Assembly (NCBI RefSeq): GCF_001194135.2
Contig: NC_068988.1
Coordinates: 94,713,239 to 94,769,648, forward strand
Length of the DNA stretch: 56,410 nt
Reading direction: 5' to 3'
DNA from: Octopus bimaculoides
Lineage: Eukaryota
Of this stretch, positions 25,380-37,445 are shown in pieces. The notes beneath the pieces are model-generated. The model did not search any database. It saw only the letters and a program-made list of their open reading frames with translations, and had not been told where the DNA came from. Position numbers and translations under genes: made by a program. Within the stretch, counting starts at the first letter, position 1; the number at the start of each line of letters is the position of its first letter.

Positions 25380-26205
25380 CTATCATAAGTTCTGTCCGAA
25401 TTTTGATTAAAGAAAACAAGTGATCAAATGTTATATTTAATTGAAATTTAACCATGAATGTATTTTCCCTGATTATCTATGACTTCTTTCCATCTATTTA
25501 CAAGTTTTTTAAATCCCACCGATGTAAAACTCTTTTGGTTTCAAAGCGAAGAACTCTGAAATGTCAGTTTTGACCTCCTCCTGGCTTGCGAAGGTTATGT
25601 CCCCCAAATGATTCTGTAAACTACGTAGTCTGAAGGATCAAGGTCGGGAGAATAAGGTGGATGAGGAATTTTTCCCCACCAAGCTCTTCAATCTTCTGCG
25701 ATGTGATCTTTGCAGAATGGGGTCGCGCATTGTCCTGATGGAACATCATTCCTTTTCGATTCACTAAAGTGGGTCTTTTTTTTCTTCAAAGCTTGATTCA
25801 AACGCTCTAATTGCTGACAATAGACTTGATCATTGATTGTTTCATTAGGTGGTAAGAATTCTAAGTGAATTACTCCTTTGCAATCCCGCCAGATACAGAG
25901 AAAAACCTTTTCCCCATGAAGCTCCCTTCTCGGTTGTGGTTGAGCTTTTTTTCCCTTTTATCAAGCCTTTTATCTTCGATAGAAGATACATTTTTCGTCA
26001 CCAGTCACAAGTCTATCCAAAAAGGGTGAAATGAGTTCGCGAGAATGGAGAGAAGAGCAGATGTCAACTCGGGATTTGTGGTTGCTTTCGTACAATTCAT
26101 GGGGCACCCATTTTCCAAGTTTAAGAATCTTTCCAAGTTGTTGAAGATGACGATGAACAGTTGTATGGTTTGAACTAAGCTTTATTACCAAGACATTCAA
26201 TGACC
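25380..26205 (-). pseudogene. Degenerate mariner (Tc1/mariner, DD34D) transposase, 5'-truncated
   Basis: Minus-strand translation gives LGKWVPHEL (26093-26110 region), LVTGDEK, GVIHLEFLPPNETIN, FHQDNARPH (25715-25740), PHPPYSPDLDPSDY (25628-25654) and KLVNRWKEVIDNQGKYI, with the stop at 25448-25450. Stops and frameshifts are present. D-to-D spacing is 34 after correcting one frameshift. The 3' end near 25380 is approximate. Confidence 0.95.
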
Positions 26206-26259
26206 AGTAAACCGGGCGATGGATTACGGCTAACTCATGAATAGGATACAGTTGGATTA

Positions 26260-26415
26260 AAACTCAGAACATATTGAGGCGGACGGAATATCCCCAGACA
26301 TCCTGTCCAACGTCCTAAAGATTCCATCAATCCATAGATATAGACTGGCACTTCATTATCGACCCGAGTAGGACAAAAAGGAAGTTTGATCTTGGCAGGA
26401 TTTGAACTCAGAATT
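26260..26415 (-). mobile_element. Old SINE group A fragments at the mariner truncation point
   Basis: aaaactcagaacata...cggaata and gactggcacttcattatcgacccga...ggcaggatttgaactcagaa. Confidence 0.5.
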
Positions 26416-28059
26416 CATCTGATAATTTAATGACTCGGCCAATTGATTACGGCTTCTCTTTTCGTCAATTTTTGCTCAAAATTTCAGTTGACATTCCCAA
26501 AATTATTTCATACTTTATGTTCCCCATAACTGTTGTGTATATCGCTCACTCTTTCTCATTTACAATTTCTTTTTCATTCACTCTCTCTCTCTCACCCTAT
26601 ACACACACACACATACACACATGCACACATGCATATATATCTTATACTAAGTCATGGTATCTTTATAAATTGTATGTATGAACACAAAACTGTTTCAATA
26701 TGGGAGTAAAATCGGAAATTATATAATCATATTTTATTGAGATTCTTCTTCAAGTCGAAGTGTTCTTTAATGCCTAATATTATTCAGACATTTTTGCCGT
26801 TCTATGCTGGCTCACATCGAATATATTATTGATTTTATTTATCAACGGACAGGTATATGTTGACGCATAGAGACTAGTTTTCATGTAAACTAATATGAAC
26901 AATGACATGTTGATTCACAACTGCATCCTTCATCATTATGACTACGCAATGGAGTAAAGAAGTTCTCGGCATTATCACATATTATAACAATTATAATGAT
27001 TCGAATACATATAGTCAAAGAAGATGATTTAGCAGGCAGTTAATCCTGCAAGAAAAGCAAACAAAACACACCCAAATTACACTGCACGGACTACAAAATT
27101 AAAGGCATATTCTCTCATGTAATCTTTTATACTCGATATCTCACAAAAATTATGAGAGCAGCGAAGTCTTTGATAGTTGGCCTGACGATTAGAGCAAAAC
27201 TAGGGCTACCTCTCTATGTAATATATANNNNNNNNNNNNNNNNNNNNNNNNNNNNNNNNNNNNNNNNNNNNNNNNNNNNNNNNNNNNNNNNNNNNNNNNN
27301 NNNNNNNNNNNNNNNNNNNNNNNNNNNNNNNNNNNNNNNNNNNNNNNNNNNNNNNNNNNNNNNNNNNNNNNNNNNNNNNNNNNNNNNNNNNNNNNNNNNN
27401 NNNNNNNNNNNNNNNNNNNNNNNNNNNNNNNNNNNNNNNNNNNNNNNNNNNNNNNNNNNNNNNNNNNNNNNNNNNNNNNNNNNNNNNNNNNNNNNNNNNN
27501 NNNNNNNNNNNNNNNNNNNNNNNNNNNNNNNNNNNNNNNNNNNNNNNNNNNNNNNNNNNNNNNNNNNNNNNNNNNNNNNNNNNNNNNNNNNNNNNNNNNN
27601 NNNNNNNNNNNNNNNNNNNNNNNNNNNNNNNNNNNNNNNNNNNNNNNNNNNNNNNNNNNNNNNNNNNNNNNNNNNNNNNNNNNNNNNNNNNNNNNNNNNN
27701 NNNNNNNNNNNNNNNNNNNNNNNNNNNNNNNNNNNNNNNNNNNNNNNNNNNNNNNNNNNNNNNNNNNNNNNNNNNNNNNNNNNNNNNNNNNNNNNNNNNN
27801 NNNNNNNNNNNNNNNNNNNNNNNNNNNNNNNNNNNNNNNNNNNNNNNNNNNNNNNNNGTGTGTGTGTGTGTGTGTGTGCAAATTGCTCGCACTACAATGG
27901 CTTTTTCACGTTATTGCTTTCTCGAGTCACCCGAAAACGACCAAGTGTTGAAATGCTCGTCGGACAAACTATTTAATAAATAAACTAAATTATATTAACA
28001 CGTGTATTTCCGAAAGTAACGAGAAAATTTAAAACAACTGTTTAAATGTTCAATTCCGT

Positions 28060-29120
28060 TGTTACTCTCACGAAAATAGTGTCCTCGATGGCTTTGTTGT
28101 GATGATCGTTAGACGGATGTGCTTCAGCTGAAGTTATTTTTAAAAAGTATACAATTTCTTTTTGAAAATTAAGTTTGAATGGAATAAATGTCTCGAAGCA
28201 TTTGCTGATAGTGCTGCAGCTACGAAAGGGAAAACAACTTGATTTCGAGGCCAAACAAATCTGTAAACAAAATTCCGATCACTTTCACGCGTTGCATTAT
28301 TCATTGAGAGGCTTTGATGGCTAGAAAAAGCTCTATATATCTGAATGCATTGTTACAACAGAGAGTTAAGATCATCTTCCTTAAACATCGTGTACTAAAT
28401 AGTCACCTCTTCTCAAATTGAACAAGAATGCGTTGGATCTCAAATGAACAACGTCTGTTACGCCTATCAGAATTTAAGACCTTATCTCATAATATTCCTG
28501 CCGGGACAAAATTCAGGTTTGGATAATTGTTTCATAAAGATTCGTTATGGGAATTGTACTATTTGTCGGATGTTTATGGAAAATTTTATAATCTTAATAT
28601 ATCTCTACAAAAAAAGAACACCAATATCGTCTATGTAAATCTAAAATTCACGATTTTACAAAATAAATTCAAATATGGAAATTCAAAATAGAAAATGGTG
28701 GAATAGAAATGTTTTTATATAGAAATGGTTACATTTTTGATAATGCATTGAATATTGGATTTGATCAAGAAACTAATTATTGATTATTTGGAGAGTCTAG
28801 AAAGCAATTCCCAGAAATATTTTTTGCCAGAACTAAAGAAGAGCCAAATTGATTAGCTCTAACTCCATTCTTAGTGTAAATAGAAGAGAGTGTAAAATAT
28901 CTATCGCTAAAAGTTCAGGAAGAACATATAGAAGATCCAAACGATACACCTTTTAACACTGAATATTCTACGAACAGTTTAAATATTTTATGACATGGAG
29001 TTTGTTTTGAATTTCTAATGTTGAAACAATTTCTTGTCACTGAATTTTAGCAAATCAGTATTTTCGGTGTTAACTGGAATTAAAACAAAACATTGAAATT
29101 ACGTTGAGCCCAACAAGAAC
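28060..29120 (+). pseudogene. Degenerate hAT transposase, Buster/Charlie (ZBED5-like) type
   Basis: Frameshifted plus-strand blocks: EWNKCLEAFADSAAATKGK (28177; cf. W..CVG..TDGAAAM.GK), TRCIIH*EAL (CxxH at 28293), KIIFLKHRVLNSHLF, RWISNEQRLLRL (28431), LYYLSDVYGKFYNLNISLQKK (28554) and SVFSVLTGIKTKH (about 29055). No TIRs identified. Confidence 0.92.
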
Positions 29121-29301
29121 AAATATTAAATCAATATTTGATTTGTTGTGCAACATTCTTTAATGTTAGTTTTTATTGTTTTTGAAGAACATGATGACGG
29201 CTGTGATGAATTTTGGCACATTTTCTGTAACGTTCTTTAACGATAATTTCGAATTTGATTTTTCTTTGAATAAAGGTTTATTCTGAGAATATTTTCTTTT
29301 C

Positions 29302-29612
29302 TGTGGAAGCACAATGGCCCAGTGGTTAGGGCAGCGGAATCACGGTTGTAGGATCGCGGTTTCGATTCCCAAACCGGACGTTGTGAGTATTTAATGAGCG
29401 AAAACACCTAAAGCTCCACGAGGCTCCGGCAGGGGGGGGGGCGAACCCTGCTGTACTCTTTCACCACAACTTTCACTTTTTCTTCCTGTTTCTGTTGTAC
29501 CAACGGGCCAAACTTGTCATACTCTGTGTCGCCACTGAATCTCCCCGAGAACTACATTCAGGGTACACGTGTCTGTGGAGTGCTCAGCCACTAGTAAATT
29601 CATTTCACGAGC
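29302..29612 (+). mobile_element. tRNA-derived SINE group C, 3'-truncated
   Basis: A box TGGCCCAGTGG (29315-29325), B box GGTTTCGATTCCC (29358-29370); body gagcgaaaacacctaaagctccacg...ccacaactttc shared with the 33663 copy. Confidence 0.9.
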
Positions 29613-29712
29613 CGAAACGTTGTGTTGACAACAAACAAGATGGGGACAAATATCCGTCAAATGTAAATAGTGTAAATAATGTACGTAATTCCTCATCTCT
29701 TAAATATAGAAC
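29610..29712 (+). mobile_element. Hammerhead-bearing repeat, copy C (3' part only)
   Basis: gccgaaacgttgtgttgacaacaaacaagatggggacaaatatccgtcaaatgtaaatag...aattcctcatctcttaaatatagaac matches copy B. The CTGATGA half is missing; the copy is fused directly to a SINE. Confidence 0.85.
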
Positions 29713-29964
29713 GGGAACTGATATGTACATTAATGAGCTCAGCTGACCGTTGATTATTCTAATGCTAAAGGAAATTTTCAATCACCTATACCGTGTGTGA
29801 GTGTGTTCATTTACATGTATGTACATTAATCCATACAAATGTATGCATTTATATATGTACAAGCAAGATTTATACTTACATGTAAATACATATTTGTGTG
29901 AGCATATATATTCATAGGTATATATGTGTATATTCATTTGTCCTTATTTCTGTACGTAAATCTA

Positions 29965-30031
<67 letters not shown>

Positions 30032-32513
30032 TCCTGTTATTTAGCAAGTGCTGTCTGAGAAAGGCTATACGATATTCGGAGGCTCACTTCACTGATCTCA
30101 AACCATCTCTACCTCCCTTATCTCTCCTTAAGTAGAACCTGTCGCGAAACGTTAAACTACCACCCTTTCCTTCCCTGAGCGTCTGCTAATATTTACATGT
30201 ACCACGTCCTCGCGTTGTTGTTTTTTTTATTGTGTTTTTTTTTCGTTTTATTTGGTAGGGGGATTTACTATATATATATANNNNNNNNNNNNNNNNNNNN
30301 NNNNNNNNNNNNNNNNNNNNNNNNNNNNNNNNNNNNNNNNNNNNNNNNNNNNNNNNNNNNNNNNNNNNNNNNNNNNNNNNNNNNNNNNNNNNNNNNNNNN
30401 NNNNNNNNNNNNNNNNNNNNNNNNNNNNNNNNNNNNNNNNNNNNNNNNNNNNNNNNNNNNNNNNNNNNNNNNNNNNNNNNNNNNNNNNNNNNNNNNNNNN
30501 NNNNNNNNNNNNNNNNNNNNNNNNNNNNNNNNNNNNNNNNNNNNNNNNNNNNNNNNNNNNNNNNNNNNNNNNNNNNNNNNNNNNNNNNNNNNNNNNNNNN
30601 NNNNNNNNNNNNNNNNNNNNNNNNNNNNNNNNNNNNNNNNNNNNNNNNNNNNNNNNNNNNNNNNNNNNNNNNNNNNNNNNNNNNNNNNNNNNNNNNNNNN
30701 NNNNNNNNNNNNNNNNNNNNNNNNNNNNNNNNNNNNNNNNNNNNNNNNNNNNNNNNNNNNNNNNNNNNNNNNNNNNNNNNNNNNNNNNNNNNNNNNNNNN
30801 NNNNNNNNNNNNNNNNNNNNNNNNNNNNNNNNNNNNNNNNNNNNNNNNNNNNNNNNNNNNNNNNNNNNNNNNNNNNNNNNNNNNNNNNNNNNNNNNNNNN
30901 NNNNNNNNNNNNNNNNNNNNNNNNNNNNNNNNNNNNNNNNNNNNNNNNNNNNNNNNNNNNNNNNNNNNNNNNNNNNNNNNNNNNNNNNNNNNNNNNNNNN
31001 NNNNNNNNNNNNNNNNNNNNNNNNNNNNNNNNNNNNNNNNNNNNNNNNNNNNNNNNNNNNNNNNNNNNNNNNNNNNNNNNNNNNNNNNNNNNNNNNNNNN
31101 NNNNNNNNNNNNNNNNNNNNNNNNNNNNNNNNNNNNNNNNATGTATAATTTGAGGAGAATAGTTTTGCATACATGTGAATAAAAACTAAGAAATATACAA
31201 AAATTGAAATAACACCTCTGTTTTTTTTTCTTTATTGAAACGAATGAAGTGAAAATTGTAAATTTGATTCGGTTAGATCCAAAATTTATTGATTCAAGTG
31301 GAATTTCAAAAATGCTTATAGTAACAGTTTCTATGCGAATCAGCGAAAGGAATCCAGATTTTAGCGGCTTTTGCTCCGAATTTGCATTAAACATTCAAAC
31401 GCTAATGAAAATGCATGTAACCATTACAAACACGTTTGCAAGAAGCTGAAGCGTTTTTTTTTTTTTTCTACAAGGGGGATGCTATGGAATAAAGGGGACA
31501 TGGTGTCTACTGATAGAAGCTTATGATCACTATATATTTTTCAAATAATGTTTAATTTACTGGCTTTCGAAAATTTGTTACGCCTATGTCTACACTATAT
31601 AATCAAATCCCCAAAGCCAGACGCTGTGTATTAAAAGCATTTTTTTAAAGCCACCCCCCTTTTTACCTTTTATTTAGAAAGTATCATTTTAACATCGCTG
31701 TTTTGTATCAATCTAAACATTAAATTACGTATGTCTGATAAGTGCAAATCAAAATGGCCGAGTTGTAGACACAAATTGTAAATGGATTTATTATTTGTTA
31801 AATAAGAATAAAATAAACAATGACATAATTCAAATGTCTTATACACTCATACACTCACAATTTGACACGTATATACGCTGATATTATATACATTTCTAAC
31901 TTTGACACAATGACATACATTTGTATTAAAAGGATACAGTTGAGTTTATTGGCGCCTTGAAATAAGGGATTAAGTCAACTCCAGTAGAATTTGAACGAAT
32001 TATGTCTTAACGTATGTTGGTCATATTAAGCTTACTATAACTGTGAGCAACAAGCGGAGCTTAACAAACGCGGTAGAGCGTCGAACAAATGTAATTTTTT
32101 TATTTGATTACAGCCTTTTACGTTCTTCGTTCCAGCCCTACCAAATTAAACTTTCACTTCCATCTTCAGAGTTACATAAAAAAAAAAAAATTAGTAGATA
32201 AACGTAGTTGGCTGGGTATTGTTGAATAAAACTCCAACGTAGCGGCCGCAGCCCATTCACCGAAGAGTATAAAAGAATTTTAAAATGGTGAAGAGTGAGA
32301 AAAGGTAAAGCACGGGTGTATATTACCTTCGTGATCAACTTCCCTGCCTGCTCAGTTTGGAATGCTTCTGTAACATTCTAGAGGAGTAAATGTTGCTAGC
32401 CCCTACGTGAGCTCCCTTAGTTCTGGGGAGAAATGGGATGCTATAAGCAGTCCCACAGAACCCACTCTTAGTATAGCTTAGCCAATTCCGATAGAAAGAA
32501 AGAATGCAAGATT

Positions 32514-32719
32514 CTTTTCTACTTTTCTACTCAATGCCGAACATTTTGGGGAAGGGGAAGGGGGCAGTCGATTAGATTGACCCCAGTACACAACTGGTAC
32601 TTAATTTATCGACCCCGAAAGGCAAAGTCGGCGGAATTTGAACTCAGAACGTAAAGACAGACGAAATACTGCTAAGCATTTCGCCCGGCCTGCTAATGAT
32701 TCTGCCAGCTCGCCGCCTT
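32514..32719 (-). mobile_element. SINE group A, young, with perfect 17-bp TSD
   Basis: agaaagaatgcaagatt at 32497-32513 and 32720-32736; tandem tail cttttcta x2. Adjacent to an older group A relic at about 32740-32875. Confidence 0.95.
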
Positions 32720-32916
32720 AGAAAGAATGCAAGATTGAAAAACTGACCCCATTATACTAAATTGATATTAATTTATCAACCTCAAAATGTTGAAAGGAAA
32801 ACTTGATCTCTGTGAGATTTCAACTCACAACACAAATAAACATCGAAGTATTTGTCCGACGCTCGAGCGACATATTCATGGGTTCAATAAAAAATAATAC
32901 AGTATATAAACATCCC

Positions 32917-33147
32917 AAGGCGGTGAAATGGCAGAGACGTTAGCATGCCGGGCGAAATGCTTAGCAGTATTTCCTCTGTCTTTACGTTCTGAGTTCAAAC
33001 TCCGCCGAGGTCGACTTTGCCTTTCATCCTTTCAGGTCGATAAATTAAGTACCAGTTACGCACTGAAGTCGATGTAATCGACTTAATCCCTTTGTCTGTC
33101 CTTGTTTGTCCCCTCTATGTTTAGCCCCTTGTGGGCAATAAAGAAAC
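32917..33147 (+). mobile_element. SINE group A, tail type 1 (first of a tandem pair)
   Basis: Full head and body; tail ttaatccctttgtctgtccttgtttgtcccctctatgtttagccccttgtgggcaataaagaaa. Confidence 0.95.
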
Positions 33148-33348
33148 ATTAGCACGCCGGGCGAAATGCTTAGAGGTATTTCGTCTGTCTTTACGTTCTG
33201 AGTTCAAACTCCGCCGAGGTCGACTTTGTCTTTCATCCTTTCGGGGTCGATAAATTAAGTACCAGATGCGTACTGGAGTCGATCTAACCAACTGGTCCCC
33301 TCCCATCAAAAAAATTTGGGGCCTTGTGCCAAGAGTAGAAAAGAGTAT
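33148..33348 (+). mobile_element. SINE group A, tail type 2 (second of a tandem pair)
   Basis: Starts at ttagcacgccgggcgaaatgc; tail cccctccc...aaaatttggggccttgtgccaagagtagaaaagagta. Confidence 0.95.
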
Positions 33349-33662
33349 ATAGACATCGCTCCCACATCCAGAACCTTTCATTTGTCAAACTGATTCCATA
33401 TTCGAAACGATTGTGTTTACACTTAAAGTAATTGCAGTGAATAGTAAGTATTCATTTACATCCGTTTCCCTTTTGAATATAATCTTTGCTTGGTGGAATT
33501 TCTGTTTTATTCATTCAGCGTCCATAAGACAAGTAACAAGCAATGTTTGTGGCAATTGAACCTACTCTGCGCTTCTTTAAAATATTTTGACTTAGTAGTG
33601 TTTATGTTAGAAAATATATTTTTTCGATGCATTAAATATTTAATCAAAATTATTTATGGTAA

Positions 33663-33968
33663 TGTGGAGGCACATGGCCTAGTGGATAGCGCGGCGGGCT
33701 CGTGTTCAACAGATCGCGGTTTCGACACCTCTGCCAAGCGATGTTTGTGTTTATCAGCGAAACATCTAAGCTCCACGCAACTCCAGCAGAAAGTAACGGC
33801 GAACTTCTGCTGACTCTTTTGCCACAACTTTCTTTCACTCTTTCCTCCAGCATCTAGCGGCTCATCTGCGACGGACCGGTGTCCCGTCCAGGTGGGGAAC
33901 CTATAGACGAATGAAACCGAGAAAACGTCCCCTATGGACTAGACATGGCTCAAGGAGGAACAAACAAC
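33663..33968 (+). mobile_element. SINE group C with alternative tail
   Basis: tgtggaggcacatggcctagtgg...gcggtttcgacacc, same body as the 29302 copy; tail gacggaccggtgtcccgtccagg...gaaaccgag resembles the 2271 copy. Confidence 0.88.
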
Positions 33969-34054
33969 ATTTATAGCAATGAGATTTTAAAATCATCTTT
34001 CATTGCAGAGTTTCACATTTCTAGACACTCGTACGATCATTTTCATTTTTAGGC

Positions 34055-34187
34055 TCTGAGTTCAAATTCCACCGAGGTCGACTTTGCCTTTCGTCCTTTC
34101 GGGGTCGGTAAAATAAGTACTAGTTGAATCGACTTGTTCCTCGCCTCCTCAAAATTGCTGGCTTTGTGCCAAAATTTGAAACAATTA
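34055..34187 (+). mobile_element. SINE group A, 5'-truncated
   Basis: tctgagttcaaattccaccgaggtcgactttgcctttcgtcctttcggggtcggtaaaataagtac...gtgccaaaatttgaaacaatta. An old minus fragment follows at about 34210-34310. Confidence 0.85.
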
Positions 34188-35074
34188 TTGTAATTGATTT
34201 CCTACAGTAACGCAATGCCGGCAATTTGTGGGTGATAGTATTGTCAATCATATCAGCACCATTAGATAACTGGTACCTACTTTATCGATTCCACTAGAAA
34301 ATGAATTCTAAATGAATTCGGAAGAAAGAGTTAAGCTTCTAGCAGCACCAACACCACCACCTCCATTATAATAATGTAGTTTTCCAACAGCGACACAGAG
34401 TCAATGTGGGAAGGAGAAAATACTGTTGATAAAATTGTTCCACTTAATTTATTAGACTTTCGAAATTAAAAAGGAATTGGCATAGAAAGGGAGGTAACTA
34501 AATAAATTACTTTATATTTTCCGGAACCAAAACACTTTGATGTATACAGATCAAAATATTCTGGTATTTAACGATCAAAGTACTTTAATGCATTAATGAT
34601 CACATGTTTCGATGCTTACTGCAAAAATGTGTCGCAGTAAATCGCTGATGGAAGTATTTTCAGAAGGTTGCGCATCGGGAGAAGGAAAAGGCGAAATGTA
34701 TTAAGAGACTTTTCCTATAAAGGAAACCTACGCAGACACCTGGTTTTCTATTGATATTTATGTAATTGTTGATGTTTTACTGTGAATGTCTGTTTATTGT
34801 TTATCGAAACTCTTTCTGAGACAATTGAGTCTGCAACAGAAGGATTGAGAGAAGTGCTTCGTTCGGAGCATAGGGAATGATACACGGCAAGAGTATTAGG
34901 TTGAAGATAAATGGTCCGACTAGAGTGGATTTGAAGGGTTTATTAGGTAGGAAGGGCTGAAATGAAGAAGTCTATAAAGTACCGATAGAAAAGTCGATGA
35001 AAGCAAACTACATCATTGTCAGTAACTATGTAGAATCAGAATCAGTCTTAGTGATTTACGAAACCTGAACCGCC

Positions 35075-35232
35075 AACACCGACTCACAACCGGGGTTGAT
35101 GTGCTTACGTCCTCGTAACTTAGCGGTTCGGCAAAAGACACAGAAAGAATAAGTACTAGGCTTTAAAAATACGTCCTGCTGGTGCTCCAGCATGGTCATA
35201 TTCAAATAACCGAGACAAGTAAATGAATAAAT
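35075..35232 (+). mobile_element. SINE group B, 3' half with deletion
   Basis: ttacgtcctcgtaacttagcggttcggcaaaagacacagaaagaataagtactagg...ggtgctccagcatgg. Confidence 0.85.
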
Positions 35233-35254
35233 AAACAACTTCAAAGTAAGATTG

Positions 35255-35441
35255 GTTTCAAATGTTGGCACAAGGCCAGTGATTTCGGGGGCGAGGGTAA
35301 GATTGTTACATCGAACACAATGTGCAACCCCGAAAGGATAAGTCAACTCGGCTGGTATTTGAACTCAGAACGTACAGTCTGAAAAAATGCCGCCAAGCAT
35401 TTTTCCCGGTGTGGTAATGATCCTGCCAGCTCACCATCTTT
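35255..35441 (-). mobile_element. SINE group A with perfect 17-bp TSD
   Basis: acttcaaagtaagattg at 35238-35254 and 35442-35458; internal deletion in the body. Confidence 0.9.
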
Positions 35442-36429
35442 ACTTCAAAGTAAGATTGAAAGCACTTCATGTCTTCCTGTAAACTACTTACTCCTCGGTG
35501 TTAGCCATACAATTAAAATAAACCTGTCGGTTTTATTTAAACTTGTTACAAAAAAACATAGAAAAAAGTAAGCCAGTATTATTAAGCCAGCGAATTTCAG
35601 CCTATTAAGGGTGTATCTTGCTTGAGAATGTTGGAAGATATTCAGTTGTAGAATAAAGCTCGTTAAGACATTGGTGTCTAGGGAAGAGTTTTAATTAAAA
35701 TTGATTAAATGATGTATCTAGAGAATTGTCTTAATCATAGTATATGGAAGGGACGATTGAAGCAACTCTATGTACAATAATTTCGCTTTCAGCAAGCAAA
35801 TCGCAATTAATTGGAAGGAAAAGAAAGAAGATAAAAATGTCTAAATATAGATAGATTATGACAAATTTATAAAGAAAATTAAATGGAAACAAAATAAAAA
35901 GAAATGTATGGAAGTGTATTAGTCGTATTTTTCGGAATGTTTCTCTGCTGTCATTTAATAGGTGAGAACTATCTATAAAAAAGAATGGAGATAAATTTTC
36001 ACACTTGGAAATTAGATATTTCTATTTAAAACACAGTAGAAGTGAAAGACGTTTCCAAGTAACAATTTAAAGGGTTGGACGCAATAACAAGAACAACAAA
36101 AGTGTAAATGTTGGAATGAGTCACTTTAGGATGAATAGATTCTGTATTTCTAAGTAAAGGGTTATTGGTTCGAATACGATCACTGTCAAAGTGGCGATTC
36201 GTCGGTGAGGACACTTAATCACACAATCAATTGCAATTATTTTAGACACATGCATACATTCGGGAATCGCTCATGAACTAAAGGCATTTGAAGAAATGTG
36301 CAATTAACGAGTTGTTAATTAGCCGGCTGTCCTGGGTTCAAATCTCCTGCGAATATAAAATGATGATGCACAGGCTGAGTTGATGTATCAAAGCAACTTT
36401 GGTAATGATGCCCAACAATTTTTGGTCTC

Positions 36430-36590
36430 AGTTTTTTTGGCACAAGGTCAACAATTTCGGAGGAGGAATAATTCGATTACATTAATCCCAGTGACAAACT
36501 GGTGCTTATTTTATCGACACCGAAAGGATGAAATGTAAAGTCGAGCACGGTAGAATACCAATCTGGAATAATATCAATGAAATATACCGT
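36430..36590 (-). mobile_element. SINE group A, diverged 3' two-thirds
   Basis: tttggcacaaggtcaacaatttcggaggagg...actggtgcttattttatcgacaccgaaaggatgaaatgtaaagtcga. Confidence 0.8.
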
Positions 36591-37271
36591 GTCGTAGAAT
36601 TCGTCTTTATGCAGTGAGGGATATATAAAAGAAGGAATGGTTCTGATGGTTATTGTGTCAATGAAAGACAGGGTTCATGTAAATTCTGATCATTTGCGAA
36701 AACAATCAACTGTCATGCAGTTCTGTTATGCTCAACAGTAATAATTTACAGCGAAATGAACAGAATCTTTTTACAGTAGTAACCAGTTTTTGGTATTAAA
36801 AAAATGCTGCACCAATTGCATAAGGAAAACCTTTAGATTTAAAAGTCGTAAACAGATGCCTTATGTGTTTGCTTCGTTTTGAATGAAATTCTTTTCCCCT
36901 TAACTCTTTTTCCAATTCCTAGCATACTCCCAGTTCATTTACTTTGCATTGCTAACTTCTGATCTTCTTAGACCACATCTCTTTCTAATGAGGACTTCGG
37001 TCTTCCCTTTCTCCAGTTCCCTTGCTTGCGTTTTCTTAATACTATACTTCCAATTTCGATTATTTTCTCATTCACTTTTCTACTCAGACGAACCACAATG
37101 GCTAGAAACGTTTTACTCTCCTAACAATAAATACCCTTCTCGAACACTAATATAAACGTTTCTCCGTTTCAGATTTTACACTGCAATATCTGACCAATGT
37201 GGACAATTTTGACTTTAATACTGAATGTCAGCTAAAATACTTATATCTACTACCTTGGAATTAATTGTGAG

Positions 37272-37445
37272 AGAAGGAATTGTTCGTTATTTACATTTGA
37301 CGGATATTTGTCCTCATCGTGTTTGTTGTTAACACGTTTCGGCTGATATACCCTCCAGCCTTCTTCAAGAGTCTTCGGGGAATTTCGATCCTGGGTTCTC
37401 ATTCCTAAGATATTTTTCGATGTTATTATTATTCAGGTCACTGCC
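37272..37445 (-). mobile_element. Hammerhead-bearing repeat, copy D
   Basis: Minus strand: gaagactc-TTGAAGA-A-GGCTG-gagggtatat-CAGCC-GAAA-CGTGTT. Core has C3->U and a 3-nt deletion at the cleavage site; flanks match copies A and B. Confidence 0.85.

Noticed and set aside
29310-29385. tRNA-like A/B boxes here and at 21900-21975, 33668-33735 and 54050-54110
   Set aside because: No complete cloverleaf; these are SINE heads continuous with SINE bodies, not tRNA genes.
30137-30160. gcGAAACGTT resembling the hammerhead 3' half
   Set aside because: No CUGANGA upstream and the flanks do not match the family; at most a relic of another repeat.
32268-32310. TATAAAAG followed by ATG and a GTAAAG donor
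   Set aside because: The ATG lies upstream of where a TATA-directed start site would fall; 6-codon frame; no further support.
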